A DNA stretch of 64,000 nucleotides from Ancylonema sp. (Eukaryota), in assembly GCA_050230475.1 (NCBI GenBank), contig JBFLGF010000053.1, positions 1 to 64,000 of the forward strand, in the 5' to 3' direction. The notes beneath the pieces are model-generated. The model was not told the DNA's origin. It saw only the letters and a list, made by a program, of their open reading frames with translations, and searched no databases. Positions 37,625 through 50,003 of the stretch are shown piece after piece; within the stretch, counting starts at the first letter, position 1; the number at the start of each line of letters is the position of its first letter. A program made the position numbers and the translations under genes.

Positions 37625-40600
37625 ATGGCACCTCGCCATCACGGTGTATTCGCGAGGAATGGGTACCGATCGGCCTCCTCGACCTCCTCATGGCGCAATG
37701 CCATGGGTGCACTGCAACCAACATCCCAATCTGCATCAGTCTGCATCCAAGAGCTACTAGCGGCGACGGGCGCCGCAAAAGATATTCCTCATTTAGAGGT
37801 GATGCTCTCGTCGAAAATCGATGGTTCTCTGTAATTGGTCGCCAACTCCCTCCTCTCGTTTCTGTCGTTTCAGATTGCCGCAGACTTGGGGAAATTGCTA
37901 CACCTGGTGACTACTGCTGCTGATGTGGTGGAGTATTCCGCCCCGTTACTTTCAGATGATGTCTCACGTGCTGCTGACTGTACTCCTTCACAAGGCTCGG
38001 GTGCGAGCGGGATGCTGCAACAAGACATGTGCCGCTTGGTGACCATCTCTGCCAACTTTTGAAGGCTTTTGTTCAGGGAGGTTCTGCATGGCTGCTTCTG
38101 GCCATATACGTACATTTTTTCCTGTTGAATCAGACTGCAATTCGTTCGCTTTTCAAGTTTCAAACAATGGCCATCAACACCTATTTCCAACACACAAATC
38201 TTTTTTATCTCATCAATTCTCAAAAAGCTGAACGCTATTCCAGGAAGCCCCGTCGAGGCTACACGACGATGCAGTCCACATAAAACCTTCTCTCACGTTT
38301 TTTTATTCCCCTCCACCCAACCATTCAGTTGGCAGGAGTGGCCTCCCACATCCCCCTGACCCTCCCACCCGCCCAGCTCCTTTCCACCACCTCGTTCCTC
38401 TGCAGCGCGCCCGCCAGCATATCACTTCAGATCACTGCCCTCCATGCCCTCGGGTACTTGCACTTTCGTATTCGATGCCAATAGTAGGCATTGGTGCCAA
38501 CACCTCCTGCCACCTGTCCCCCTCACATGTGCAGGCATCTTCTCGGCACTCCCGCCTCGCCCCTCCCGCCTCAAGACGCAGCCTCCATCCTCCGCCTCCT
38601 CTGCGCCTCTGCGCGGGTGCCAGGTGGCGCGACGCGGAGAGAGCAGAGGGTGGCGGGGTTGGGGGAGGAGGTAGAGGCGGAACGTAGGTCAGCTGCTTTT
38701 GGGGCCATGGATTCCTTTTTGGAATCTATGGTGGGGGCTGCAGGACCTGCCATTGGGCCAGAGGGGATCCAGGAGGTGATGCAGGTAGGAACGCCACCTG
38801 GCATGCATTTAAATCATAATTAATATATATTTATAATTAAAAAAAAGAAAAAAAAAAAAAAGAGAGATAGAGAGAATTTTGTAGGGTGCCCTGCCCCCCG
38901 TTGCAGGCAGTAGGTGAAGTGCTGGAGCGGGTGGGGCCAGCCGTGCTGAGTCAGCAGCACGCACGGCTGTACACCCGCGCGCTGCGGACCCCCCTGTCTC
39001 TCCTCACCCCCCCCTCGCCCCTCAGCCCCTCCCAGGTCACCTCGTGGGTGGGGGGGTTGATTCCTATCATCTCCTACGGGCTGGCCTCCCTGCCCCCCCT
39101 GCCCCCCCAGCCTCCTTATCGCCCCCCCCAGCTGCGTGGTGGCGGTGGGGAGGGTGGAGAGTACTCCTCTGGGTCGGAGCAGAGCGAGGGGGAGGGGGAG
39201 GGGTGGAAGACGTCCCAAGTACGAGTGGCGGCACTGCTGTGTCTGCAGGTACAGAAGGTGGACTTTCACGTGGGTACGGATTCCTTTCAAATGATTGGGA
39301 TTTTTTACAGGTGTTTGGGGATTTAATGTAGGTTTCCAGCGATTCCTTCCCATGTTTGATTTTCTTTCCTTTCCATCTTTTTGGTCCCTCCTGCCAGGCC
39401 CTTGCTCGCTCTGACCCCAAGGCCCTGCACGCCCATTGGCCTTCCTTGCTGCCCACCCGCCACGTCCTCCAACCCCGACCACAGGAGCCCACGCTGCTGA
39501 CAGCTGTCCTCTTTGACCCCAAACCCAAGGTGCCCCACCCACAACAACTCCAGGGGCAAAGTAGAGGCGGACCCTGAAGTGGTGGGGGTGGGGGTGTCTG
39601 CAGGCACGGTTGGCCGCCACGTCAGCACTATGTGGCATGCTGGAGGGTCCCTCCACGCGCCCCTTCTTGCAAGTCGGGGAGGCAGGGGTTGTGGGCGGGA
39701 GGGGGGGGTCGTTCACCCCCCTGTCCGCCCTCCTGGGCCAAATCCTTGTCCAGCTGCACACCGCCCTGCTGCACGGGGTGGCATCAGAAGCAGACCCACA
39801 GGTGGTGGGGGGGATGCTGCGAGCTCTCACCCTACTCATCGTCTCTGCACCGTAAGCTCACCTTTGGAAAAAGATGCCCCAAAGCTCAAGGCTCAAGGCT
39901 CAAGGATCCGGAATCCCACTCAAATGTATTTTCCGTGCAGCTACCCCCGCCTACCGTCTGAGTTGCTGCCAGCTGTCCTGACCGGAGTTCACCATAGGCT
40001 GCGTCTCCTCCTCGACCGCTCCCCTTCCCCCGACATCAAAGGAGCAGCAGCAGCGGCAGCAGTCTGCCTCGGGGCAGTGTTCAGTGCCACCCCTACCGCC
40101 CCCACCCTCTCCCCAGCCCTCCTCTCCCCCCCCCTGCTGTCCCTCACCACCACCCCCCCCAGTGTTGAGGGGTACCATGCCCTGTGCTGCGCCGCGTACG
40201 GGTACCCGCATGCCATCCGCCCCCTGTGGCCACAGCTGTCGGCGACCATCAGCGGCGCTGTGTTGACAGGTGGCAGCAGCGAGGCAGGCGCAGTGAAAGC
40301 CCTTCAGGCCGCAATGAAGCTCATGGATGCAATCCTGCGAGCTGTCGCTGGGGTTGGGGGGAGGGAGGGGGAGGGGGAAGGGATGGGGATCAGGGAGTGG
40401 GAGGAGGCCCTGGAGTGCCACCTGTCCGTGTGTACGGACCACAGAGCCCCCACGGTGAGAGTGTGGGACAGAGTTCTCTTTTTTTGCACGCTTCCCATGG
40501 GGGGGCTGACGTTGATTGGATGGGCAGGTCCGTGCAGCCGCCCTCCTGTGCTTTGCGGGACTTACCCCTGCACTCTACGTGGGATTGCCAGGTGGCAGGA

Positions 40601-41868
40601 GGGAACACATTGTCAGACAAGTGGTGAGAGGAGGCCGAGACAGGCTGGGCCAAGGAGAACCCACTCTCTCCCTAGTCTGCTGACGTGGCATTCTGGTGCT
40701 GACGTGGAAGTGTGCAGGCGCCACCCTGGACCCCTCCCCGGCAGTGCGATCCGCTGCATGTCGAGCTCTTGGGATAGTGGCCGCCTTCTCCCCCCCCCCC
40801 CCAGGGTCCTACCCTGCCCTCCTACTCGCCTGCAGCGACCCCTCCTGTTCTGTCCGCCCCGCCGCCCTCTGGGCTCTGGCAAATGTCTGCCAGACTGCAG
40901 CGGGTGGGGGGTGGGCGGAGGTTGGCCCCCTTGCTGACTGCGCCCTCCTCACAGCTGGCGGCGCAGAGGTGGACAAGGTGGAAGGCAACTCGGTGAGGGC
41001 AGTTGGCCACCTGGCAGCTTGTGTGCGGTTGGGGGGGGGGGGGGGTGAGGCGGAGTGGATGGATCGCGCGGTACAGCGGCTACTAGAGCTGCTGGGGTCG
41101 GGAAACGTGAAGGTAGACACGGGGGGGGGAGGGGGGGGGGGAGGAGCAGGTTGGGGGAGTGTTGACAAAGGGTGCGTGTGTGTTGGGGTGTCAGGTTCAG
41201 TGGAACACCTGCCATGCGTTAGCGCAGGTGCTGGGCAACCCCACCCTCTCCCTGCAGAATACCGCTTGGGCGCCGTCGCTGTTTGGCCACCTAACGACCC
41301 TACTTGGGCGAACAACCAACTTCAAAATCCGTATTCAGTGCCTCCGAGCTCTGGCAGTGCCCCAAAGGAAGGAGGGTAAGGGACGCCGTCATGTCTATCT
41401 TGTTTCCTGAGGCACACGGAGTGAGCGAGATACAAGGGAGGTGTTTTCAGAGTATGGAGCGTGTTTCCCTACAGTGGTGGAGGCTGTCGGTGCTGCTGTG
41501 GAGGCGGCGCAAGGCCCCATGGAGGTGAAGAGCCCAGCGGACTTCAAGTATCGGAGGTTGTGGGAGGAGCAGGTGGGAGCAGAGAGAACAGAAATTGCAG
41601 TCTTTCTGGATGGCCTCTTGTTCGAAATTATTATTCAACCCTTCCAGCCTTTCAGCCTTTCAGCCTTCCAGCCTTCCAGCCTTCCAGCCTTCCAGCCTTC
41701 CAGCCTTCCAGCCTTGTTCCTTAGCGTTTTGAATCACACGATAATGGTGACATAATTTTTGCAAAACTTGACCTTGACGTGGGTCTGTTCTCCTTGTTGT
41801 CCCAGTTGGCACACTGTCACCACCACATGAGCACACTTGCAGGCAGCAATGGCGATTCTGTTGAGTGA
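37625..41868 (+). CDS. HEATR6: HEAT repeat-containing protein 6-like (DUF4042), multi-exon
   Basis: Exon peptides SQVRVAALLCLQ|ALARSDPKALHAHWPSLLP, TLLTAVLFDP, SFTPLSALLGQILVQLH, NSVRAVGHL, GNVK|VQWNTCHAL, NFKIRIQ, DFKYR with GT-AG junctions; probable stop TGA at 41866-41868. Confidence 0.87.
41641..41715. repeat. (CTTCCAGC)n 8-mer repeat, ~9 copies, in the last HEATR6 intron
   Basis: Read directly. Confidence 0.95.
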
Positions 41869-42659
41869 CCAGGCATGCAACCCCCTGCGTAACGTTCTTT
41901 TGTAGATATGGACCCTTGGTTGGCCCAATGGGCAAGTATGGCCTAAGTGCCTACCGTATAGGTTGTGGGCTAAAACACTCAAGGGTGCTCCTACTAGAGC
42001 AAAGTGTATATAATGCGTACAGGATTGTAACCCCGATCACACAATCTTGTGTATCCATTTGTGGTATGATGTCGGATTTCTGACCACAAATGGCACACAA
42101 ATTTGCTTCTTGGCCCATCATATGTCATTGCGTACTTATTTTATCTCGCAGACTCGTCCTGTGTGTTATGCCCTCCCATTTCGAAAATCGACGAAAGTCG
42201 TGCAACCCCTGCATTTGGAAGTTATATTCTCTTCATATTTCCAATCTCCTAAGATGTCATGTTCATGTGGCCTCCTCAAGCTCCATGTTTCCCCTCGCAC
42301 AAGGTGTATTTGACAGGGACAGTTGCCGCCAATTGCAGCCTTGAGAATTTGATACGCAAGTTTCAATCCAACCCACAATGCCACAATGCTAGGGACACAG
42401 AAGTCTGTGTGGGAGGACGGAGGGCAATATGAAACAAATGACCGCTCTACCCGTCTGCTTGATTGAGTGCGTCCGAAACATTGTTTCTACATGCTTCTTG
42501 ATCGATGGGATTTATACATGTCCTACCGAATGACCCAAAGCAAGCAAAAGTGATTTGGCGATGCCCTACTCCAACCGTACTACCAACGGTACAAAGCAGT
42601 CTCTCGCGACACAAAGATAGGGATTCAAGGAAGAGAGGGGACGAGGGAGGGGGTAGATG

Positions 42660-44625
42660 TCAAGCTTCTGGCAACCGATACTTGTCTACATGTGGACGAG
42701 GCCCACTCCATAGCTCTGCCAATTCATTGCGAGCGTACGCCACAATCATGATTGGGCCCAATGTGGAGGGAACCTGCAAACATAAGCACTCACGGTAATG
42801 AGGTGGCATAACATCAACATCGACATGTGATGCGTTTACGTTGCGTTAGCGTTTCCACCCACTCACCAAGTATAGAAGGGCTGGCTGAGGTGCTGAGGTC
42901 AGGAGACCTGCTGAGAGAGCAATGACTAAACCCACTGCGTAGCCACACGCTGCATAGGAGTAACATTTGAAAACCAGGTTGAAAATAACAATGACAAAAA
43001 GGAAGGTTGTGAGAAAAAGCAATGACTTCGGGGGTAGGATTATGAACGGCAAAAACACACGACGGACTGGAATGAGTATGATTTACCGTACAGTGCTTCC
43101 AAAAAGATTATGTACTTCTCAAAATGAGGCCATTTATGAATGATTTGTAAGAATGCTCCCGGGAATCCACTAGTTATCATCGATGCTTTCTTGCAACACT
43201 TCCGTGATTCCTACACATAAATTTCCCAAAAAAACGGAATTGATTCAATGATTTTCAATGAGAGATTTTACCTTTTGAGTGATCAAGAAAAATGATTGCT
43301 TCTGGGTTTCAATAATTATGAAGGAATTGTTTTAAAAGAACAGTATGGTCAACGTCAATTCGGTTTGGTAAAAGTAATGATGAACTACCAAAAAAACAAA
43401 AAAAACCCATGAAAGTGTAACAAACAAGAGAAAGCCGACCTGCATAGGCCACGTAACCCCAGCCCCCCCTGCGCAGCGGGAGGGGAGGAGGCCCCATGTC
43501 ATTTCCGTACTCATGAAGCGTGCGCTGGTGGTCAAAGGAAAGGACGAGGGCCAAAAGCATCCCCGGAATCGCCTGCGAGGGGGAGGAGCAAGGAAGTATG
43601 AGGAAACATACTTTCCTCCTTCTCCTTCCCTTTGCCACCTTCTCACCACCAAAATTTATTTTATACATAAATAATAAAATAAATAAATCATTTTTTTTTT
43701 TTAAGAGAAGTAGTTCAAGGTAGTAGTACAAAATTACTAACTAGCATACTACTAGTTACTGGTTCGCTAGTGTAGCTAGTTAGCTAGTTAATACTAGCTG
43801 TTGTAGAAGTAGTACACTGACCATGTCGCCCAGGCCCAGCATCATGTAATCCGCACTCCCACTTGCTATTCCCCCCCCCCAAAGCTTCCGGGGGAACAGC
43901 AGCTTCACAGGCAGGTCCAGTTTCTTGGCAACGGCCGAATGGATGGGGATGTGGAGGTGGGATGCGACGGTGTGGACAGGGTTGGTCGCCTGCTGGGTTG
44001 CTACGGATACCATGACGTTGACGCCGAATAATCTTTCGGAAAAGAACACCCAAAAGATGTCGTACAGGAAGAGGCAGGAAAGGAGGAGCGCACAGACGCG
44101 TATGTTGGGAAGACGAACGTGGCTTACGAAAGCGACGCAGATGGACACTCCGAGGAGGTTATTCAGGAACCAATGACCAGTCACTAACCAGGCCACAACG
44201 ACTAACGTGCTCAACACACCGAGTCCCAGTTGTGTGCGCGTGAAGACACCGTAAGGTGATCGTGTGGTCGAGGTGTCCACGTAGCCTGCGTACAGGAGGA
44301 TCTGTGAAATATACGGAAGGAACCAGAAGGCTAAGGAAGAGGCGCTCGCTACAGCCGTGAATGCAGTGACTAGCTGGGAGACGGAGGAGAAAAGGTAAAA
44401 CATGAGGAGCAGGCTGAAACTGCTGGCCACGGGGATCATGAGGGCCTGCGATGTGTCCAACGTGATGGAGGATTCTAATAGATCGCGATGCTTTTCAGAC
44501 TCTCTGGAATGCGTCAGCGCACGGTAAGCCCCAGCTACAACGACAGACACTGCAGTCGCAATGAGGGTCAACGAAGCAGGCTCCAGCAGGTATCGTAGAC
44601 GCCATAGAGACTCCATCCAAGACAT
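42660..44625 (-). CDS. SPPL1: Signal peptide peptidase-like 1 (A22B intramembrane aspartic protease), 4 coding exons
   Basis: MESLWRLRYLLEPA start; catalytic YDIFWVF and LGLGD motifs; AIPGMLLALVL, QPALLYL|VPSTLGP; stop at 42660-42662. Confidence 0.95.
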
Positions 44626-45706
44626 AGTATCTGGAGTGGAATGGTCTCCTTCCCACTTGATATTATGTCAGCGAGTATCGGTGAGCTCCACAAACGTCAT
44701 ACAACTGATCTGATACGCGAGAAGCCAAAAACTTCGATTCCTTATCATCCTTAACCGAAGACTGGGGAAATCTATGAATCATGACGACCATCGAGAGCCG
44801 AAATTCCACCTCCGAAGGCAGTCCATGCACTCTCAATATTCCTCATCCTTCAAAAAGGTCATTCTTTGGCGCTAATGTGGCTAAGGTCTGATATGCAAGT
44901 TAAGAGTCATTGCGTCGTTCGTTCCAGTGATCTGCAATTCGCATGAAGCCAAGGCTATCTTTTACCAAAAGAATCAATGTAACATTCGCAGAGATGGTCC
45001 ATTCGCAGGAGCAGCGCATGGGTTGTTAAAGCGCATGTCAGTTTTCAGGATCAACCACTCGCACACTCTGATGGTGCCGGAGTCGGTGGCAGGCTTTGCA
45101 ACCATGCCATCAACTAAGAGTCTCCCACCACCAGCCCTCATGCCTGAGAGATTATGCAGTGCTTTTTTTGCTCCGAACCTCCCCCCCCCCGCGAAGGCGC
45201 AGGTGGCGATTTACATCAAGCGATATTTTCCGCCTTCACTTGAAGTTCTACGCCTTCGTGGTGAGGGTTCGCTTGATTAGATTTCGCCGCCATCCTAAGC
45301 CTGGTTTCCGCCACCTTGTGGCAATCTGCCGTGCGCTTCCATCTCCAGGCGCTCGGTGCACCTCCACTCTGGTCTGTAGCATTTCTTGTTTCGCATCTAC
45401 TGCAAATCGTTTCCCTTCTTCATTCTCTAAGTGCCTTCTCGGTTGGTCTTGACGGATATCTGTACCTGAGCACCAGTTTGCACTGCGGGTCCAATATTTT
45501 TTGGGGGGAGTTGCGATTCATACGATTCCCGGGTGAACTAGTCCTCCATTTCGAAGTGTGTCGTCAGATGTAGCCTTCCTGCAGCGCCATCACACTGTTT
45601 CAGAATTCAATCAACTCCCTGCTAGCATCATTAGTAGTGGGTTGATCCTGTTCTACGCATTTTAGTCTGAATCGTTGTGGCTTTTTTCGTCTGGTGGAGG
45701 CAGAAG

Positions 45707-47579
45707 ATGGCGCTCTGCCGTACCCCGATCGTGTTTCTTGTTCTCTTAGCTACTAGCCTCCTTCTGTCTCCAGTCTTTTGTTACCGTGTCACCGTGGATA
45801 AAAAGGAATGCTACGTCCAGGAGGTTGAGGCTGAAGGGCAAATGGTGCATGGATCGTTCGTTGTTATCAAAAGCGACAATGCGTGGACTACCGAATTTGA
45901 ATCTGTGGGCATGGATCTTCTTGTGAGTGGCTCAGTGGTTTCAAGGTCGGCTTTGGAGGGTTATCCGAGTGGATGAAAAAGCTAGGTAACTGTGGATCTT
46001 TCGTTATCATGCAAGATCACTGAAGGCTCAAGGTAACTTACAGCGTTACATGCTTTGTTCGCGAGACAGACCTTTTATCTTTATATTGACGATTTTTTTG
46101 CCGCGGGCTCCTTCCGACATTGAATCAGGCGGGCTGTGATAAGGGTTCTGAGTCAGGCCTTAGATCTTTCTCCCGCTACCGTTATAATCTACTACTCTTT
46201 GCCACACTCGATGTCTCTGACGCAATGACGCTGGTAGATACAGCTGGGTACAGAGCATTGCGCCTTATTGGCCCTGTGATAATGTTGTTCTTGACGTGGT
46301 TGGTTCTTCGTAGGAATAGCAATAGGTATGACGTACGTTGTCACGCTTCGGACGGAATTTCACCCAGCCGGACTCAATCTCGATGTTTGACCCAGAAGCA
46401 ATTTTACTGCAAAGGGATTGAGCTATTTTTGTATACGTCTCTCCCAAACTGTATACTGCACTCCCCAACACCTTATACGCCTTACAATTCAATCAGTCAG
46501 TCTTACAATTCGACGTCCCATCATCCCAGCAACCTCTGTCTTCTTGTGCGTTCTTGAATGACAGGTGGAGGCTCCAGCAGGCTACCATGTTTACTCCGTC
46601 AATAAGAAGACGGACGAGAAGTTCAGCTTCGTTGCCGTGCGCAAGGGGAAGTACAAGTTCTGCTTCATAAACCACTCGCCGGTGCATGAGAGCATTGCCT
46701 TTGAAATTCACGTTGGCCAAAAACCTGTGCACCATACGGAGGTGGCAAAAGATGGTGAGTCATATGAGGCGGTTGTGGTTCTATGAAGACTTTGGGAAGT
46801 TTAAGAACAAAATAGTCAAAAAGTGCATAATTTGCACGGATGTGTTTGTCATCTTTAGTGAAACGTTTTATTTATTCATGTTCAACTCTTTCTTGGGGCT
46901 GCAGAGCACTTTGACCCGCTGCTGGATCACATTGATGAAATTCACTACGACGTGATGAGCATTTACTACGAGTCAAGATGGTTCCTTGCCAGCGTGGAGC
47001 GGCAGGAAGAATGTGAGAAGCCTTTTTTTTGCGATTTCCTTTGTTGTGAGGGTTAGCAGCTTGGAAGCCAAGATGGCAAGTTGTCGAGGGATGTCGATTC
47101 TGGGTGGGAGGGTCAACTATCTTAAGCTTTATCACAAGAGGGGTCTTGTTTCTATGATAAGAATTTGGTCTTATAAAGTGAGGAAGGTCTGCAACTAACC
47201 CAGGCCATTGGCATTTGTGCACAATCATTGAGCATCGCATGAAACTTGAGCATGTTGCATGGTATAGACGTCCCTCTATACAAGGTTTCCATGTAGGGAA
47301 AGACTCGAGGTATGGAACTATTTGTGCTCAAATTTCCCTACATTTATGTATTTCATACAATTTCAATGAAGTGACCTGGTATATCAGATTGTTATATCGA
47401 GGGTCCTCTTTACTACTAATTTGTGTGGTTTCCATGTGCATGCAGTACACAAGATTATGGGGCGCAGGCTCTTCATGAAGGCAGTCCTCCAAAGTGTGGC
47501 TTTGATCGGGACTAGTGCTGCTCAAGTGTATTTGCTGAGGAGGTTGTTCGAACGCAAGATGGGGTTGAGTAGAGTCTAG
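45707..47579 (+). CDS. emp24/gp25L/p24 family cargo receptor, p24beta2-like; exons 45707-45922, 46565-46754, 46905-47012, 47446-47579
   Basis: Signal peptide, GOLD domain (VDKKEC...GKYKFCF), TM segment and C-tail LFERKMGLSRV*; all splice phases consistent. Confidence 0.93.
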
Positions 47580-47961
47580 AGTGATCATTATTGTTGGCTC
47601 TTCCTTTTTGACTTATGTGACTTTGAGAAAACACTTAGGTGGCTCATAGAGGCGAACGTAGAATTTGTCTTTAAATGCATCATATGTCCATTCTCATTTT
47701 GCGTAAAGGGGTTTCTCAAGATGATGACAGCCTTCTACCTCCACGGGTGTGAAGGTAGAAGGCTGTCATTTGGGGACTCTTCTTGTGCTGCTTAAAACAT
47801 TCAAAACATAAACATGATTGTGTGTGTGTGTGTGTGCATTTACCTAATGTGGTTATGGATCCTCCTGGAAAATAGTTGACCAGTCCGAGACTGTCCAAAC
47901 AAACGAGTCCAGTACCCGGCCATCACTTTCCCGCCCAAAAGCAAGAGTGTCGAAACAAGTA

Positions 47962-48531
47962 CCGTAGTGGCCATACATAATGACCCGCAACTATGAGAAG
48001 GTGGATCGAGTCGAATTAAGTAATACATTTTTTGGGAATGGGTCATGCCATGTACACCAAAATCCGGCATAGGGGGTCAACATCTTAAAATTGGATTTAT
48101 TTGTCAATTTGCTTAAAATACACATTTTATTGGATTCCGGTCGCCCTAGATTCAATTGTGGTCCGGCAGCGGCCAAAGTGATTGTCATTGGTTTGCTTTT
48201 CTCAAAATTTCGTATCGGTTTTGAATAGTCTAGCATTGTTACGTGGAGTTGTGGGGGGGGGGGCGTGCAAAAAGATGTCGGACTTGAAGTACCGTAGTGG
48301 CCATACATAATGACCCAGATTTTAAGAAACGAAATAATTTAACTAATAAACCACCACTTGACCCAACCCGTGCACCCAATATAAATTTTCAAAAAATCCT
48401 GAAAAAAATAGTTATTATCTGGTGACCCACATTAAAGAATGACCCACATTTTTGAAAAAATGAATTATTTAATTTGACCCGACCCACCCTTCTCATAATT
48501 ATTTGCGGGTCATTATGTGTGGCCAATACGG
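47962..48531. mobile_element. Left end of a long CCGTAGTGGCC-family element (copy D, from 47962) followed by a complete short copy E (48292-48531)
   Basis: Two TA|CCGTAGTGGCCATACATAATGACCC starts and one reverse end; ~48140-48195 matches copies A/B internally. Confidence 0.8.
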
Positions 48532-50003
48532 TATTTAGATAGTTCATCTTTTGCATAACACATAATCATCAAAACAATGTCTGCTACAAGATACAAGTCA
48601 TGAATACCTTCAATGTTAGGGAGTCTTTTTTCTTTTTGTTTTTAGAAGTGGAAATTAAACTTATCACAATTTCTTTCCTCATGAGATGGGACTAAAAAAT
48701 ATCCCATGTAATCGAAGATTATCTTACAATATTTTTCCACCACCACCTGGAATGCTTTCTCGTTGTCAGTTCGTAACAGTACTCATGTTACGAATATATT
48801 ATTTGTTCACGTATTGTTACTTTCACAGTATTCGCTTCTATCTTTTCGGGATCCGCGGTTGCACAGACTGGCAAGATTGGTTCAATGGACCGCGGTCGGA
48901 CCAGGTCCGGAGTCGGGACCCGATCGGACCGGGGATCTTCTGGGGTTTTTGTTTTTATTGGCAGCTTCGGGGACAAATGGACCTGTCGGGGATTTTTATG
49001 GTGCATAGTTTTCTTACATTTTTGCACAATGCACAAGCCAAAACGATAAACAGAATATATGTTCCGGATTTGTCACTCCACGGTAAACCTTTCAAAATCC
49101 CAAAAGAAAAACCTGAAGTATCCAACTACCGCCAGTCCGGCATTTTGGCCTAGAAGGATGGACCTTGGTCCGGAATCTGGACCTCGGAACCCCGAATCGG
49201 GATCTCATGACAAAAAATTGTCTACCGGACCTCTTTTCATGACGATCAGCGACAAAGTCTAACAATACATTCCACGAACTACACTGTGCTGGAGGGCCGA
49301 AATCCAGGTTTCGATTCTAGGTTTCGAAATAGTAGAAAATATAGGTTTCGGAATTCAATTACTAGGTATTAAATTCTCACATATTGGATTTTTTCACCTA
49401 TTAGTTCTTAATAAGAATTAAATATACTACATACAACATCACATGCGGAAATCGTGGCGTACCTCAATATTTAATTTTCTTGTGATTTTCATACAACTTT
49501 ATTTCTTACATTTTTCTAGAAGACCCGATCCTACACTTTCCATTCCGGTTCCAATCCGATCAGACCAGATCCTACTTCCATCATATTTAGGATTGGGGGA
49601 TTGGGACCCAACAATGTTATTTACATCAAAAATCTCGATAGGGAAAATTTCAATACATGAAACTATTTGATACAAGAAAATTACATATTGGGTTTTTGTA
49701 TGCACTTCGCACTCACGAAGTGTTTCACATTTAAACTCTCGTCCTATTACAACATATTTTTGGCCTTTTTGATTGACGCAAAGTCGACACTTCCATAGGT
49801 ACATGAAGAAGAACTCGGGTTGTAGGTGCTTGGTTGTAAAAGAAATATTAATGTATCCACTTGTCATTTCTGACTCAAAGTTTTGTCAACTTCGTTTAGG
49901 TGGAAAACTTAACACAATACATATAAATTTTATGACCCGGGTGGGAGCCGGATGGTTCCGCTTGGGCGGGATTAAGGACAAACTTTATGCTAGGAATCCC
50001 CCT

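Noticed and set aside
38820..40937. Long ORFs 38820-39839 (-) and 39513-40937 (+) as separate genes
   Set aside because: They are GC-rich shadow or intron read-through frames overlapping spliced HEATR6 exons.
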